From the IMG/VR virus record IMGVR_UViG_3300021963_000106, positions 4,968 to 68,967 of that record: 64,000 nucleotides of DNA. One strand, written 5' to 3'. Below the pieces are notes generated by a model. It was not told where the DNA came from, did no database searches, and was given only the letters and a program-made list of their open reading frames with translations. How positions within the stretch are numbered: the first letter of the stretch is position 1; every line of letters begins with the position of its first letter. The stretch is from a virus. Below, piece by piece: positions 41,279-50,342 of this stretch. The translations under genes were made by a program, and so were the position numbers.

Positions 41279-42045
41279 CAGATAATACGAGTCTTTTCGT
41301 GTCCAACACGGATACGAGGATCGCACCAGATCTCAAATCCTTGTTCTTTTGCATCAAGACAGAACGAGACATCTTCGCCGCACATATCTTGAACTGCTCC
41401 GGACTCAAAGACTTGCATCTTAGGAGCAAACCAAGGATATTCGAGATTTTCAAAGACACCTTTCTTGATGAGTACCCAACCAAAACCTGTGTAGTCTACA
41501 GTGAAAGGCTTACGACGCTTGCTGATTGATTCCACAGTTTCATGATTCATCACTCCACCATTCTTACGGAAATCATCCTCTTCCAACCAGTGTGCGACAG
41601 AAGTTGTGTGACCATCCTCAGTTGCATACCAACCTGCGACAATCTCCTTCTCTTCGCCTTGTTCATTGAGAGCAACATCACAAAGTTGCCAGAATTTGTT
41701 AGAATCAAAAACAATATCACTATCAATCCAGAGTTGATAATCATATTGTAGTTTTCCATCCCAAGGTACTTGTTTTGGTCCACGAAGAACATTTGCTCCA
41801 AGAACCTTACAACGTGCAAAGTTAACCATGGATGAATAATCTTGAGAGATTTGAATACTCATTCCATTTTGCACAAGATCAAAACAAAGTTGTACAAATG
41901 CTTTTAAGAAAATAAAAGAACATCCACGACCAGGAAGACAGAATACAATACTCTTCCCTTTCATTCGTTCTTTAATTGCATCATAATCCCAGTCCTCTGC
42001 CGATTTCTGGGGTGCTGCCGCTTTAACAGTAAATCCTTTTGCCAT
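41278..42045 (-). CDS. Glycosyltransferase-like (GT-A fold) protein
   Basis: LWIDSDIVF DxD motif, GFGWVLI and GEDVSFC motifs. Confidence 0.75.
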   Translation of the reverse strand: MAKGFTVKAAAPQKSAEDWDYDAIKERMKGKSIVFCLPGRGCSFIFLKAFVQLCFDLVQNGMSIQISQDYSSMVNFARCKVLGANVLRGPKQVPWDGKLQYDYQLWIDSDIVFDSNKFWQLCDVALNEQGEEKEIVAGWYATEDGHTTSVAHWLEEDDFRKNGGVMNHETVESISKRRKPFTVDYTGFGWVLIKKGVFENLEYPWFAPKMQVFESGAVQDMCGEDVSFCLDAKEQGFEIWCDPRIRVGHEKTRII

Positions 42046-42068
42046 AAGTTAAAATAACCTTCAGATCA

Positions 42069-42097
42069 ATTTTATCCGTCTATTTATGATTTGTCAA
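42069..42097 (-). promoter_or_regulatory. Sigma70-type promoter with a nested late promoter
   Basis: TTGACA-17-TAAAAT; spacer contains ATAAATA. Confidence 0.75.
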
Positions 42098-42294
42098 TAT
42101 GATGAGTTTTGTGTAACCAGTTTATTTAAAATTACTTCCTCATACTGTAAATCATTACTATCAATATTCAAATCAAGTAAATCAACCATTCTGTGTAACA
42201 TATCCCATGTCTCAGTGAATTTGCCCTCTGAGAGATTGTGATATATGCACTTGTCCTTTGCGTAGATGTGATATAATTTTTCGTTGGCTTCCAT
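42094..42294 (-). CDS. Hypothetical protein
   Basis: 66-aa ORF. Confidence 0.65.
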   Translation of the reverse strand: MEANEKLYHIYAKDKCIYHNLSEGKFTETWDMLHRMVDLLDLNIDSNDLQYEEVILNKLVTQNSSY

Positions 42295-42315
42295 AAAAAA
42301 TCTTCCGGAATTTTT

Positions 42316-42444
42316 TTATCTTGTCAATGCATTATATATCACTGCAATTACAAATCCAAGTGGTATAAACACCACCTTCGGATATCGTATTAACCACCCA
42401 GCAAATACAACCTTCCAAAAACTCCAATATGGGGTTCTTCTCAT
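42316..42444 (-). CDS. Small membrane protein, 42 aa
   Basis: Manual translation MRRTPYWSFWKVVFAGWLIRYPKVVFIPLGFVIAVIYNALTR; ATGA overlap with upstream ORF. Confidence 0.65.
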   Translation of the reverse strand: MRRTPYWSFWKVVFAGWLIRYPKVVFIPLGFVIAVIYNALTR

Positions 42445-42578
42445 CTTTTCTTTCTTTTTGAAGATGCTCTCTTCTGTGCAGGAGTTCTAAAGATCCCCGT
42501 CGCGCAACTCTTATTCTTTTTATGTTTTCCTCCGAAGATTCCCCATCCATAACAATTTGCTTTCTTCTTAGGCGCCAT
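42441..42578 (-). CDS. Small basic protein, 45 aa
   Basis: GGAGG RBS; MAPKKKANCYGWGIFGGKHKK...KRKKR. Confidence 0.6.
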   Translation of the reverse strand: MAPKKKANCYGWGIFGGKHKKNKSCATGIFRTPAQKRASSKRKKR

Positions 42579-42731
42579 TTTTTACCTCCGGAAAATTTTT
42601 ATGAGATTGATATTTATCGGTCGATTTGTCACCTCTGTAGGTTAGGGTAGTGAGCGTTTTTTATTTTAGGGGGTTAATACAACGCAACCGCGACGCTATA
42701 ACAACGCCACGGCCATAACTGCTCAATCACC

Positions 42732-42760
42732 ATCATAACATAAGGGTGCCACAGTGTCAA
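42732..42760 (-). promoter_or_regulatory. Strong sigma70-type early promoter
   Basis: TTGACA-17-TATGAT with extended -10 TG. Confidence 0.8.
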
Positions 42761-42784
42761 CCACCGAAGCACCCTCAGTATACA

Positions 42785-42955
42785 TCAGAACGCGATTTCC
42801 TCCAGAGTAGGAATACCAAGGGCACTCTCAATCTGTTGCCCTTCGATAACATCAAACCCACTCACATTATCAGTGGTGAGTGCATCGAGAATCGAAAGAA
42901 TCTCGTTGCCAGTGTTACCTTGTGCCAGCATCGAAAGCATCACGGTCTTAGACAT
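42785..42955 (-). CDS. Hypothetical protein, 56 aa
   Basis: Manual translation MSKTVMLSMLAQGNTGNEILSILDAL...LEEIAF. Confidence 0.6.
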   Translation of the reverse strand: MSKTVMLSMLAQGNTGNEILSILDALTTDNVSGFDVIEGQQIESALGIPTLEEIAF

Positions 42956-43026
42956 AATAAAGAAGAAAAGTGTTGTGAACTGTGTGGTGCCTAGTTTATA
43001 CTCATGCGACAGGAGTTGGTATAAGA

Positions 43027-43212
43027 CTAACGGACGATTGCTGCTTGAGGAGTAGACTGTCCTTGACGGTTAGTGTTAGTCCTCACGCCTTTCGTACTAG
43101 TCAACCACAGATCAGACTTACGTGGTTTCACTGATGGTAACCGTGTGACTGTTACCTTACCTTGTGCTTCAGCGATTGCAAGGTCCAGGTTACTCATCTT
43201 GGTAATGTTCAT
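43027..43212 (-). CDS. Hypothetical protein
   Basis: 61-aa ORF. Confidence 0.55.
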   Translation of the reverse strand: MNITKMSNLDLAIAEAQGKVTVTRLPSVKPRKSDLWLTSTKGVRTNTNRQGQSTPQAAIVR

Positions 43213-43254
43213 AACAGAGTGTTGGTAACTGTGTGAGACTAAGTGATAACGAAC

Positions 43255-43503
43255 TCAGAGATCTTCAATCAGTTCGTTGAGTTCATTCCAGTTCAACTTG
43301 TCACTGGTAAATGATACTCCATCACGGGTCTTGGTGATAAAGTTCTCGGTGGAATCTACGAAGTCCTGATAATCATCACAAAGACGGGCGATGTCATAAA
43401 GACCCTCATTATTACCGATCCACAGAGCAACATTCCAGGTCTCATAATTCGTCCAACCGTTATAGGTCTCGTCTTGAATGTTGGTCTGATAAGTGGTGCT
43501 CAT
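43255..43503 (-). CDS. Phage hypothetical protein (YNGWTNYETWNVALW motif)
   Basis: Recognisable phage motif; follows repeat copy 1. Confidence 0.8.
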   Translation of the reverse strand: MSTTYQTNIQDETYNGWTNYETWNVALWIGNNEGLYDIARLCDDYQDFVDSTENFITKTRDGVSFTSDKLNWNELNELIEDL

Positions 43504-43574
43504 TGAATCGTGGTTGTCCTTACACTATAGGGACACTCTCAGGGGCCCAGATAGTCTTACTCAGTCTGTATGAG

Positions 43575-43748
43575 TTACCACTTATCAGGACGACTGAGAT
43601 CTTCCACATAAGCCGAAACCTTCTCAGCTGGTTCCAATTTGAATACCTTCTCCCAGTCAAGTTGATGTGGGTCGAAGTCCTCAAAAACCTCAAACTCTAG
43701 AGTGACCCTATAACGTTGCTTCTGAGCTTGACGATACGCAACTGACAT
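43575..43748 (-). CDS. Hypothetical protein (MSVAYRQAQKQRYRVTLEFEV)
   Basis: GGAGA RBS before ATG 43748; promoter just upstream. Confidence 0.7.
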   Translation of the reverse strand: MSVAYRQAQKQRYRVTLEFEVFEDFDPHQLDWEKVFKLEPAEKVSAYVEDLSRPDKW

Positions 43749-43776
43749 GAGCTTTCTCCGTTGGTGTTCTTGTGTA

Positions 43777-43805
43777 AGTCTAAGATACCTGGGAATTATT
43801 GTCAA
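43777..43805 (-). promoter_or_regulatory. Sigma70-type promoter
   Basis: TTGACA-17-TAGACT. Confidence 0.7.
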
Positions 43806-43876
43806 CGTCCTGGGGAGTATTTATCAGGGGTCGGTGGATTTTTATGCGGGGATTGTGGGGATTTTATGACGGGGGG

Positions 43877-43905
43877 TTGCCATATTCTGAGTGTTCGTGT
43901 AAGCT
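43877..43905 (+). promoter_or_regulatory. Plus-strand sigma70-like promoter facing a non-coding AT-rich tract
   Basis: TTGCCA-17-TAAGCT. Confidence 0.5.
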
Positions 43906-44098
43906 CATGCACGGTAAGATCACAAGACTCTGAGCACATTAAAAGGGTATAATAAGGTCTTTAATTGATACGAATTCATATCATTATCACCTTTTGATAA
44001 CAATACTGATCACACAAATAAATCTCCCAGCTATAATTAAAAAAGGCTTTTTTAATCGTTTTAATACATTTTTGACTATAAATTGGTAAAAAAGACAT

Positions 44099-44124
44099 AA
44101 AAAAAGACCCTGGAAGTAGGGTCT
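44099..44124 (-). terminator. Intrinsic terminator
   Basis: AGACCCT/AGGGTCT stem followed by T run on minus strand, just after 44135 stop. Confidence 0.7.
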
Positions 44125-44134
44125 CTATGTTATA

Positions 44135-44371
44135 TCAATCAATCGCTAATCTGTACCTTGCATAATCTTCTGCATCAGATCTTTTCTTGAATCTTGCTTC
44201 TTCACCTTCAAACCTGAGTGGCAAGTATCGGTATTTCTTTCCTTCCTTAGTCATAACGATTCGGGAGAATAGATGAAGAGAGTAACAACCTTCTTCTGTA
44301 TATTCACTCTCTTTCTTTACTATGAATGGCAGAACTTGTTGATCGTTGAATGACTGTTTAGAGAGTAACAT
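44135..44371 (-). CDS. Hypothetical protein
   Basis: 78-aa ORF. Confidence 0.65.
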   Translation of the reverse strand: MLLSKQSFNDQQVLPFIVKKESEYTEEGCYSLHLFSRIVMTKEGKKYRYLPLRFEGEEARFKKRSDAEDYARYRLAID

Positions 44372-44381
44372 TGTGAAAGAC

Positions 44382-44840
44382 TCAGTTAGGAACTTCTTGA
44401 ATTGTTTCGGTGATAGTGATAACTTCTTGTGTATCAGTTAGATAGTCTGTCTTGATAACATTCGGACCAATGATAACTTGACCAACGATGATTGATGCTA
44501 GGAGAGTTTCAATCATTTTGATTTCAGTTGTTAATCAGTTCGGCAGGACTTCCACAAGAGAGATAGAATTGCACCATCCTTTGTGCTTCATCTAATGTAG
44601 AGAATGATTGCGTTCTCCATTGTTGTCGATAAGGCGTAAAGTAACGGATGGTGAACATCATTTTGTAGGATAAAGACAGGAACTAACTTTACCAGGAGTT
44701 GCTATAACTTGTCCTCCTTTCTCTATACATTGTGCCTCTACTTGTGTGTTTCTAACGTTAATAATACCAAGAAGAAGTACAGCAAAAATAATACCTCCAA
44801 GAATGATAATTACGTTCATTTGGAGTTGCTCTCTGTTCAT
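44382..44840 (-). CDS. Three tandem tiny ORFs (44382-44516, 44524-44658, 44658-44840), two with hydrophobic N-termini
   Basis: Manual translation; tightly packed. Confidence 0.55.
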
Positions 44841-44844
44841 AAGA

Positions 44845-45162
44845 TCAGTTCAGACGCATACCAGAGAAGAAAGGAATTGTAGTTCCATCAGACATACGGA
44901 ACTGCCAAACATAGTTCTTTTGAAATACACTTTCATTGCCAATTCCATGTGCTTGGAGAAGTGCATTAAGACGTGACTTTGTGGTGTTAGATTGCCAACC
45001 ACCATCAAACAGTTGCATCCAAGTGTCGCCAATCTTAGCAATCAGATTGTTGTGCAGATACACTTCGGAAACATCATCAACAGTGATAACTTCAGTGTTA
45101 GCAAGTTTCCAGTCTTTCGATGCAGTGATAGCATCATTCATCAGTTTTTCGATCTTACGCAT
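44845..45162 (-). CDS. Phage hypothetical protein (MRKIE...TTKSRLNA)
   Basis: 105-aa ORF following repeat copy 2. Confidence 0.8.
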   Translation of the reverse strand: MRKIEKLMNDAITASKDWKLANTEVITVDDVSEVYLHNNLIAKIGDTWMQLFDGGWQSNTTKSRLNALLQAHGIGNESVFQKNYVWQFRMSDGTTIPFFSGMRLN

Positions 45163-45364
45163 GGTTGGAAGTGTTGTGGTTATACTACAGGGACAATGTG
45201 ACGGGCCCAGTTTCAGTTACTGACTGGAGAGATAATATCAGCAACTGTGTGTAATGTGTTTGCAGTGATGTTACGAACTCCAGGTGAGAGTATCATCGCA
45301 ACAATAAAGATCAGTAGGATTGTTTTCATCTTACTGGGTGACTTGAATGTAAGACTTTTTGACA

Positions 45365-45595
45365 TCAATCGAAACGGGAAGATACATCAGGACCAGGATT
45401 CTCAAGATGTGCTACACTATCTGCAATGCGATCTTGTGACAATGCAAACTGTACTTTCTGACCTTCATAATAAATGTCAAAGACAGATTGCACATAAGGT
45501 GTTAGATTACCTTGTGCATCCCATGCGTTTCGTGTGTGTGAAGTCTCAACGATTTGATAGACTTTAGAAGTCAGAGGAGAGGTGTAAGTGATCAT
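45365..45595 (-). CDS. Hypothetical protein; ATG lies inside repeat copy 3
   Basis: 76-aa ORF. Confidence 0.7.
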   Translation of the reverse strand: MITYTSPLTSKVYQIVETSHTRNAWDAQGNLTPYVQSVFDIYYEGQKVQFALSQDRIADSVAHLENPGPDVSSRFD

Positions 45596-45786
45596 ACTAT
45601 AGAGACAATCTCAGGGGCCCAGTTAATCTCACCAGTTGATGAGTGTAGCAATGTTGCCAAGCTTGTTTTGTTCGTCTACAATCTCCATGGCATGATTGTA
45701 TGTTTTGACGGAAATGTAACGTGATTTTCCTCTAGTCTCAGGAAACAATCCTAGTTTGTCAATGATGCGAACTGTGTTGGAATGTT

Positions 45787-45987
45787 TCATTTCAGAAAGT
45801 GACGATAATCAATGGATTTGATGCACCAACCAGTTGCAGCTGTGATTTCTTCGATTAGATCTTCTTCATCATCAGCTTCCCAAATCATACCGATAGTTTC
45901 ATCGGTAATGTTACTAAACTCATGTTCAGGAAAGTCATCATCTTCATCAAAATCAAACTCGATTGCAGTAACTTGGAATTGCATCAA
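45787..45987 (-). CDS. Acidic hypothetical protein
   Basis: 66-aa ORF, WEADDEEDLIEEIT..TGWCI. Confidence 0.75.
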   Translation of the reverse strand: MMQFQVTAIEFDFDEDDDFPEHEFSNITDETIGMIWEADDEEDLIEEITAATGWCIKSIDYRHFLK

Positions 45988-46247
45988 ACTGCACCTGCCA
46001 TAAAGTTGTAATCTTGCACCAGGTTAATGTTATCGCCAGTGATCACATAATCCATTGCAAGACGCTCATTGATCTCACGTTGTGCATCTTTTTTGGTCAG
46101 ACACTTTTGAGAGATGGTATCAATACCCTTCCAAGAAAGAACCTTGAGAGTATAGTTGGAACAATCCTCAATGGGATAGAAACCAACAATCATTGTGCCA
46201 TCTTTAGACTGGAGAGTAGGAAACTCGATCATGGTAGTGTTGCTCAT
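45984..46247 (-). CDS. Hypothetical protein (start at 46247 or 46232, not 46421)
   Basis: Track ORF reads through repeat copy 4; true start lies in or after the repeat. Confidence 0.7.
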   Translation of the reverse strand: MSNTTMIEFPTLQSKDGTMIVGFYPIEDCSNYTLKVLSWKGIDTISQKCLTKKDAQREINERLAMDYVITGDNINLVQDYNFMAGAV

Positions 46248-46284
46248 ACTATAGGGACAATCCCAGGGGCCCAGTTTCAGTAAC

Positions 46285-46467
46285 TCAAAGACCGTTGATG
46301 TAATCAGCGACTGCATCTTTGTATTCTTTTTCAGTCTCAAAGATGCGACCGTGAATGTTACGCGGATAAGTTGGATTCGATTCACCAACTGCAGCAACCA
46401 TGTAACAATCTTGGGCATCATAGCCCATCTCGATGAGGTTTTGAACGTAAGGGTTGTAATGTGTCAT
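46285..46467 (-). CDS. Hypothetical protein; ATG lies inside repeat copy 5
   Basis: 60-aa ORF flanked by copies 4 and 5 (single-gene cassette). Confidence 0.7.
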   Translation of the reverse strand: MTHYNPYVQNLIEMGYDAQDCYMVAAVGESNPTYPRNIHGRIFETEKEYKDAVADYINGL

Positions 46468-46497
46468 ACTATAGGGACAATCTCAAGGGCCCAGTTA

Positions 46498-47239
46498 TTA
46501 TCGGAAACTGACATTGACACCAACAACTTTTGCTTTAGGATTGCGAGCGAGAGCTGTTTCCCGCGCATCTTTTGGGTTGGTTGCTTGTACTTCTTCTTTG
46601 AAGACTTTACCACCAACGTATAGATCAACAATGTACTTCATAGTGTTTGGAAAGGTTGGGCTTCTTTGATGTTAGAATTGAAAAACTTTTGAAAGATAGA
46701 ATCAATCACAGGATACCATTCTTCGTTTGCACTTGGGAATCCACATTCTCGTGCTTGATTGAGAAACTTCAGGATGCAAGTTTCCTCATTAGCAGTGAAA
46801 TCAACGCGATTGAAAGTGTAACCGTCAGTCATAATCAAACAGGGGTAACTTCAACGGAACGGATAAGATTTGTGCGATCTTGTGCTAGGTAATCATCAGC
46901 GATTTTACCACAAGATGAACGAGACTGAATGAACTTTTCTTCATAACAAATCCCTGCACTGTTGGGGGCTTTGTACTCAATCAACAGGCGATAGTTCTTC
47001 ATAATCAATCAGGCAGGAAGAATACAGAAAGTGCCACACCAGTTGCGAACCCATTGTAGAGTTTCGTAGTAAGATGTGCGGGGGTTGCTCATCTCCATTG
47101 TGGAACCATTGTGAGGATTGTGTGCAACAGCGACATAAAGATTGTCACACTCTTTATCAGTAATCTGTTCAATCCACATTTGATTGACTTTGCCTTCCTT
47201 CCAATTTGTGTGGTAGGAGTAGACTTCGGAGACGATCAT
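46498..47239 (-). CDS. Cassette of four small ORFs (including 46638-46838 and 47009-47239) between copies 5 and 6
   Basis: Track ORFs plus manual MKYIVDLYVGGKVF... and MKNYRLLIEYK... Confidence 0.6.
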
Positions 47240-47293
47240 GGTAGGAGTGTTGTGCTTATACTATAGGGACAATCCCAGGGGCCCAGTTACTAT

Positions 47294-48123
47294 TCACCAC
47301 TTCCCTTGTTGTATGAGAATCTTTTTGATCTCTTGATAAATGAACTGGCGAAGTTTAGGGTCGGTAGTGTTATCAAAAGCATAATAAAGACGATTCAAAT
47401 ACTCATTCTGTGTCGCACCTATGTTACCATCGCCACCAATGTCATTGAGTGAAGAACCAGCTTGCACACGATTCTTTCCAAAGTTACCAGACACACGCCC
47501 AGTTGTACGAAGTTTGGGGCGAATCTTTGAGAGGTTAGAGTAAGTCATCGTGCTACAATGTCAAGAGTTTCCAACAGCATCATCGAAAGTTCCATCTGGT
47601 TCTCATCATCAACCACGGGAATGTTTGTCTCTACAAACTCACTAATCAGTTGAGCAAAGAGTTCAGTTGTGCGCTCATCTGCGAATAGAGCAGTGGCAAG
47701 TTCATTCTTGAATCCATCACGCAGAAGTTTGAGAGACTTTGTAACAGTCGTTTCTTTAATTTGTTCTTCATAAGTCATTTCGGTGTCATAGGTCATTTGT
47801 TTTCCACCCAGATTTCAAGGATTTAATCATTTTAGACAAAGTTTGTTCGTTACCCTTTAGTCTGGGATTGCAACGACGTTTCTCAACTAGAGGTGGATTG
47901 TAGAGTTTGATTGTTGATGCTAAACGCAAATCATTCATTCCTCATCCTCTTCATAAGGGAACATTTCATCATACTCTTCATCAGTCAGAGTAAGATATTG
48001 AACATTGGCATTTTTATGCTCTTCAGCATACATCAACTGATAATGTGCGAAAGAAGATGGGTCGCTGCTAGCATACTCTAACAGGCCATCAACAAAACAA
48101 AGGTAGTTCATTGGAGTGCTCAT
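47294..48123 (-). CDS. Cassette of small ORFs (47294-47548, 47545-47796, ~47786-47938, 47935-48123) between copies 6 and 7
   Basis: Overlapping start/stop junctions. Confidence 0.65.
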
Positions 48124-48156
48124 ACTACTAGGACACTTTGAAGGGCCCAGTTACAA

Positions 48157-48825
48157 TCATTCAATTCTTACTCTTTGTGATGTATCAATTCCTCTTTTTC
48201 TTTGATACTTTGTAAGATTGCCAGCATTTGTTATAAATCCCGTCTCCAAACATTTCCATTTCTGATAACCAGATTTTTCTCTTATTTTTTGCCTAATTTC
48301 TTCACTATGTTTTCTATTTTTTCCTGCTTCACTTAATTTTTTCCTTTGCTCTTCACTTACAATTTTTCCCCTATTTCCATCTCCTATTTTTCTCCGTGTT
48401 TCCTCACTTGGAGATTGACCTTTATTCCAAGGTGTTTTACCTTTTGCTGCTTCACTTAATTTTTTTCTATGTTCTTCACTAAATCCTTTGCCTTTTTGAG
48501 AATTGCTAATTTTTCTTCTCCACTCTTCACTACACTTTCCACCTTTATTCCAAGCAATAGCACCAGAAGTTCCATCACCACCATTAGTTAAGTTCCTCAA
48601 GATGCCAGTCCCTAAATCTTTTCTACCAAACACAGCAATCATATACTTTTCGTGCTTAAATGCTTCTTCCTCTGTTAGATTTTGTTTAAGAAAGATTATT
48701 CTATCTTTTGGCGGAACATTCAGTTTTCTATTAACTTTAGAATATGCTCTCCTATCTTTACCCTTCCCAATGTAGTAGGGAGTTTTATCCTCACGCAAAT
48801 AAGCGTAGGTATAGTAATTATTCAT
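48157..48825 (-). CDS. Free-standing GIY-YIG-type homing endonuclease with NUMOD3 repeats (A)
   Basis: YYTYAY...YYIGKG, R, E (AFKHE), N (LRNLTNGGDG); repeated S-EE-x-RxK-I/L-S motifs. Confidence 0.85.
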   Translation of the reverse strand: MNNYYTYAYLREDKTPYYIGKGKDRRAYSKVNRKLNVPPKDRIIFLKQNLTEEEAFKHEKYMIAVFGRKDLGTGILRNLTNGGDGTSGAIAWNKGGKCSEEWRRKISNSQKGKGFSEEHRKKLSEAAKGKTPWNKGQSPSEETRRKIGDGNRGKIVSEEQRKKLSEAGKNRKHSEEIRQKIREKSGYQKWKCLETGFITNAGNLTKYQRKRGIDTSQRVRIE

Positions 48826-48924
48826 ACTGCTTTGTTTGTGGTTATACTTATTTATACAAGAAAAGAGGCATTTCTGCCTCTAATCTCTTCGCTTGAATAA
48901 CCACAAACAAGCAACTTTATTTAT
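48826..48924 (-). ncRNA. Structured leader/candidate antisense sRNA unit of endonuclease A
   Basis: 14-nt perfect inverted repeat 48832-48845/48897-48910, two hairpins, two late-promoter motifs. Confidence 0.6.
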
Positions 48925-49352
48925 CGTCGGTAGAGCCAACCGCCGCTCCAATCCGCATTTTCCAGAGCCCACTCCCTCTCTTTAATGATTAGGAGATTGC
49001 ACCTTTCGCCCTTTGCAGGACTACGCCACGATGCTGACTTGAAAACGCCTCCGTTTTGCTTATCTACAAAGAAAGCAACACTACGCGATCCACCACCATT
49101 CACCATAATAACTTTGTGATACTTTTTACCAGTTTCTACAGTATAATCAATGTCGCACTTACCAGACTTGAGTTCATCAATCTTCCGCTGATGATACTCC
49201 TGAGTGTCAGCATCATTCACGAACTTTTGATGACCGCGAATAGAATACTGCACATAATTCTGCTTGAGTGCTTCAATCAGCAGAAGAGTGTTCTTATACA
49301 CATTCTCTGCAATAATTTGTTTTGCTTGTGCTTGCATGGTAGTGTTGCTCAT
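48921..49352 (-). CDS. Phage hypothetical protein (FKSASW..PAKG motif)
   Basis: 143-aa ORF starting in repeat copy 8. Confidence 0.8.
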   Translation of the reverse strand: MSNTTMQAQAKQIIAENVYKNTLLLIEALKQNYVQYSIRGHQKFVNDADTQEYHQRKIDELKSGKCDIDYTVETGKKYHKVIMVNGGGSRSVAFFVDKQNGGVFKSASWRSPAKGERCNLLIIKEREWALENADWSGGWLYRR

Positions 49353-49385
49353 ACTATTGGGACAATCTCAGGGGCCCAGTTACAT

Positions 49386-50288
49386 TCACCAGTTTTTTGC
49401 AAGAGTGAAGTTTAGACGGCTGAATTGCATACGATCAACAATCTTGTATGATCCAAACTTGTTGTGCATTACGAATCCTTCATGATCAGACTCGTTACCA
49501 TCAATCTCACACAGAATGTCATCGTCAGTATCAATGAAGAAGAACAAATCCATCTTGATTGATGCAACAAGTTTCCAAAGTCGCATCAGGTTGATGTCAA
49601 CATCATAATTTTCTGCAATTTCATGTTCATCCACCATCTTACCCTCACGGATGTAAGAATTGATGATTTTTTTGAGTTCTGCAGATTGTTTTACATTCAC
49701 GAACTCACAAAGAGTGCTCATTTGCTTAGCAAACTTACACACGTCTTCAATGTCCTCACGATAAGGACAAATAGACACCTTAGGTTGCACAAATAGACAG
49801 TCTTTTGTACTTGCAAACTTACTGGTAATAGGATGAGCTACCATCTCAGGCAGACGATCACCAGTGTAATATGTGTGAGGAGCAATGATAATCTCCTGAC
49901 GTACAATCTCAGAGAAACGATAGGTAATCGTGTTGGGTTTGAATGTATCAAGACCCTTACCGAAACCAATCCAATCTCCCTGATACACGTTGTTAGTGCG
50001 AGGCAGGAAATCCAGACAATAAATGAGAATCTGTGCTACGCGAGGTTTACCACCAAAGTGATCAAACACATCATCTTCATTGTAGCAAAGACGAATCTTT
50101 TGTTTATTGAACGCTGCCTTTGTGCAGACAAAAAACTTACCATTCTCAGGATTTGTACCCCACACAATAGCAGGAGCTCCATCCATCTTGACACTAATCT
50201 TACTGTTGGATTCATACATCCAATCCAGTACAGATAGATCACCTGTAAGGATGAGATCTTCGGGATGTTCTAGATGTTTGTTTTGCAT
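49386..50288 (-). CDS. Ligase/nucleotidyltransferase-fold protein (DUF6267-like)
   Basis: KHLEHPED start; KMDG (motif I KxDG), QGD, HEGFV, YKIV motifs. Confidence 0.65.
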   Translation of the reverse strand: MQNKHLEHPEDLILTGDLSVLDWMYESNSKISVKMDGAPAIVWGTNPENGKFFVCTKAAFNKQKIRLCYNEDDVFDHFGGKPRVAQILIYCLDFLPRTNNVYQGDWIGFGKGLDTFKPNTITYRFSEIVRQEIIIAPHTYYTGDRLPEMVAHPITSKFASTKDCLFVQPKVSICPYREDIEDVCKFAKQMSTLCEFVNVKQSAELKKIINSYIREGKMVDEHEIAENYDVDINLMRLWKLVASIKMDLFFFIDTDDDILCEIDGNESDHEGFVMHNKFGSYKIVDRMQFSRLNFTLAKNW

Positions 50289-50294
50289 GGCTCT

Positions 50295-50329
50295 ACAATG
50301 ACATAAAAAAGGGGACAATGCAAGTCCCC
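50295..50329 (-). promoter_or_regulatory. Overlapping terminator and promoter
   Basis: GGGGAC/GTCCCC stem + T6; TTGCAT-17-CATTGT. Confidence 0.6.
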
Positions 50330-50342
50330 TTGTGACACTTAA

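Noticed and set aside
42332-42550. 72-aa track ORF
   Set aside because: Two overlapping ORFs in other frames (42441-42578 with GGAGG RBS, 42316-42444) fit better
42295-42600. TCCGGA palindromes flanked by A/T runs at ~42304 and ~42588
   Set aside because: Only two short copies, one explained by the GGAGG ribosome-binding site
43521-43552. Plus-strand CACTATAGGGA resembling a T7/SP6 promoter
   Set aside because: Conservation lies downstream of that segment, the segment varies between copies, and genes run on the other strand
45593-45624. Repeat as a sigma54 -24/-12 promoter
   Set aside because: GG-N10-GC spacing and the GC dinucleotide are not met; cyanobacteria lack sigma54
45984-46421. 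145-aa version of this ORF (likewise 54551-54754 starting MGPWDCP)
   Set aside because: N-terminal extension is read-through of the repeat element
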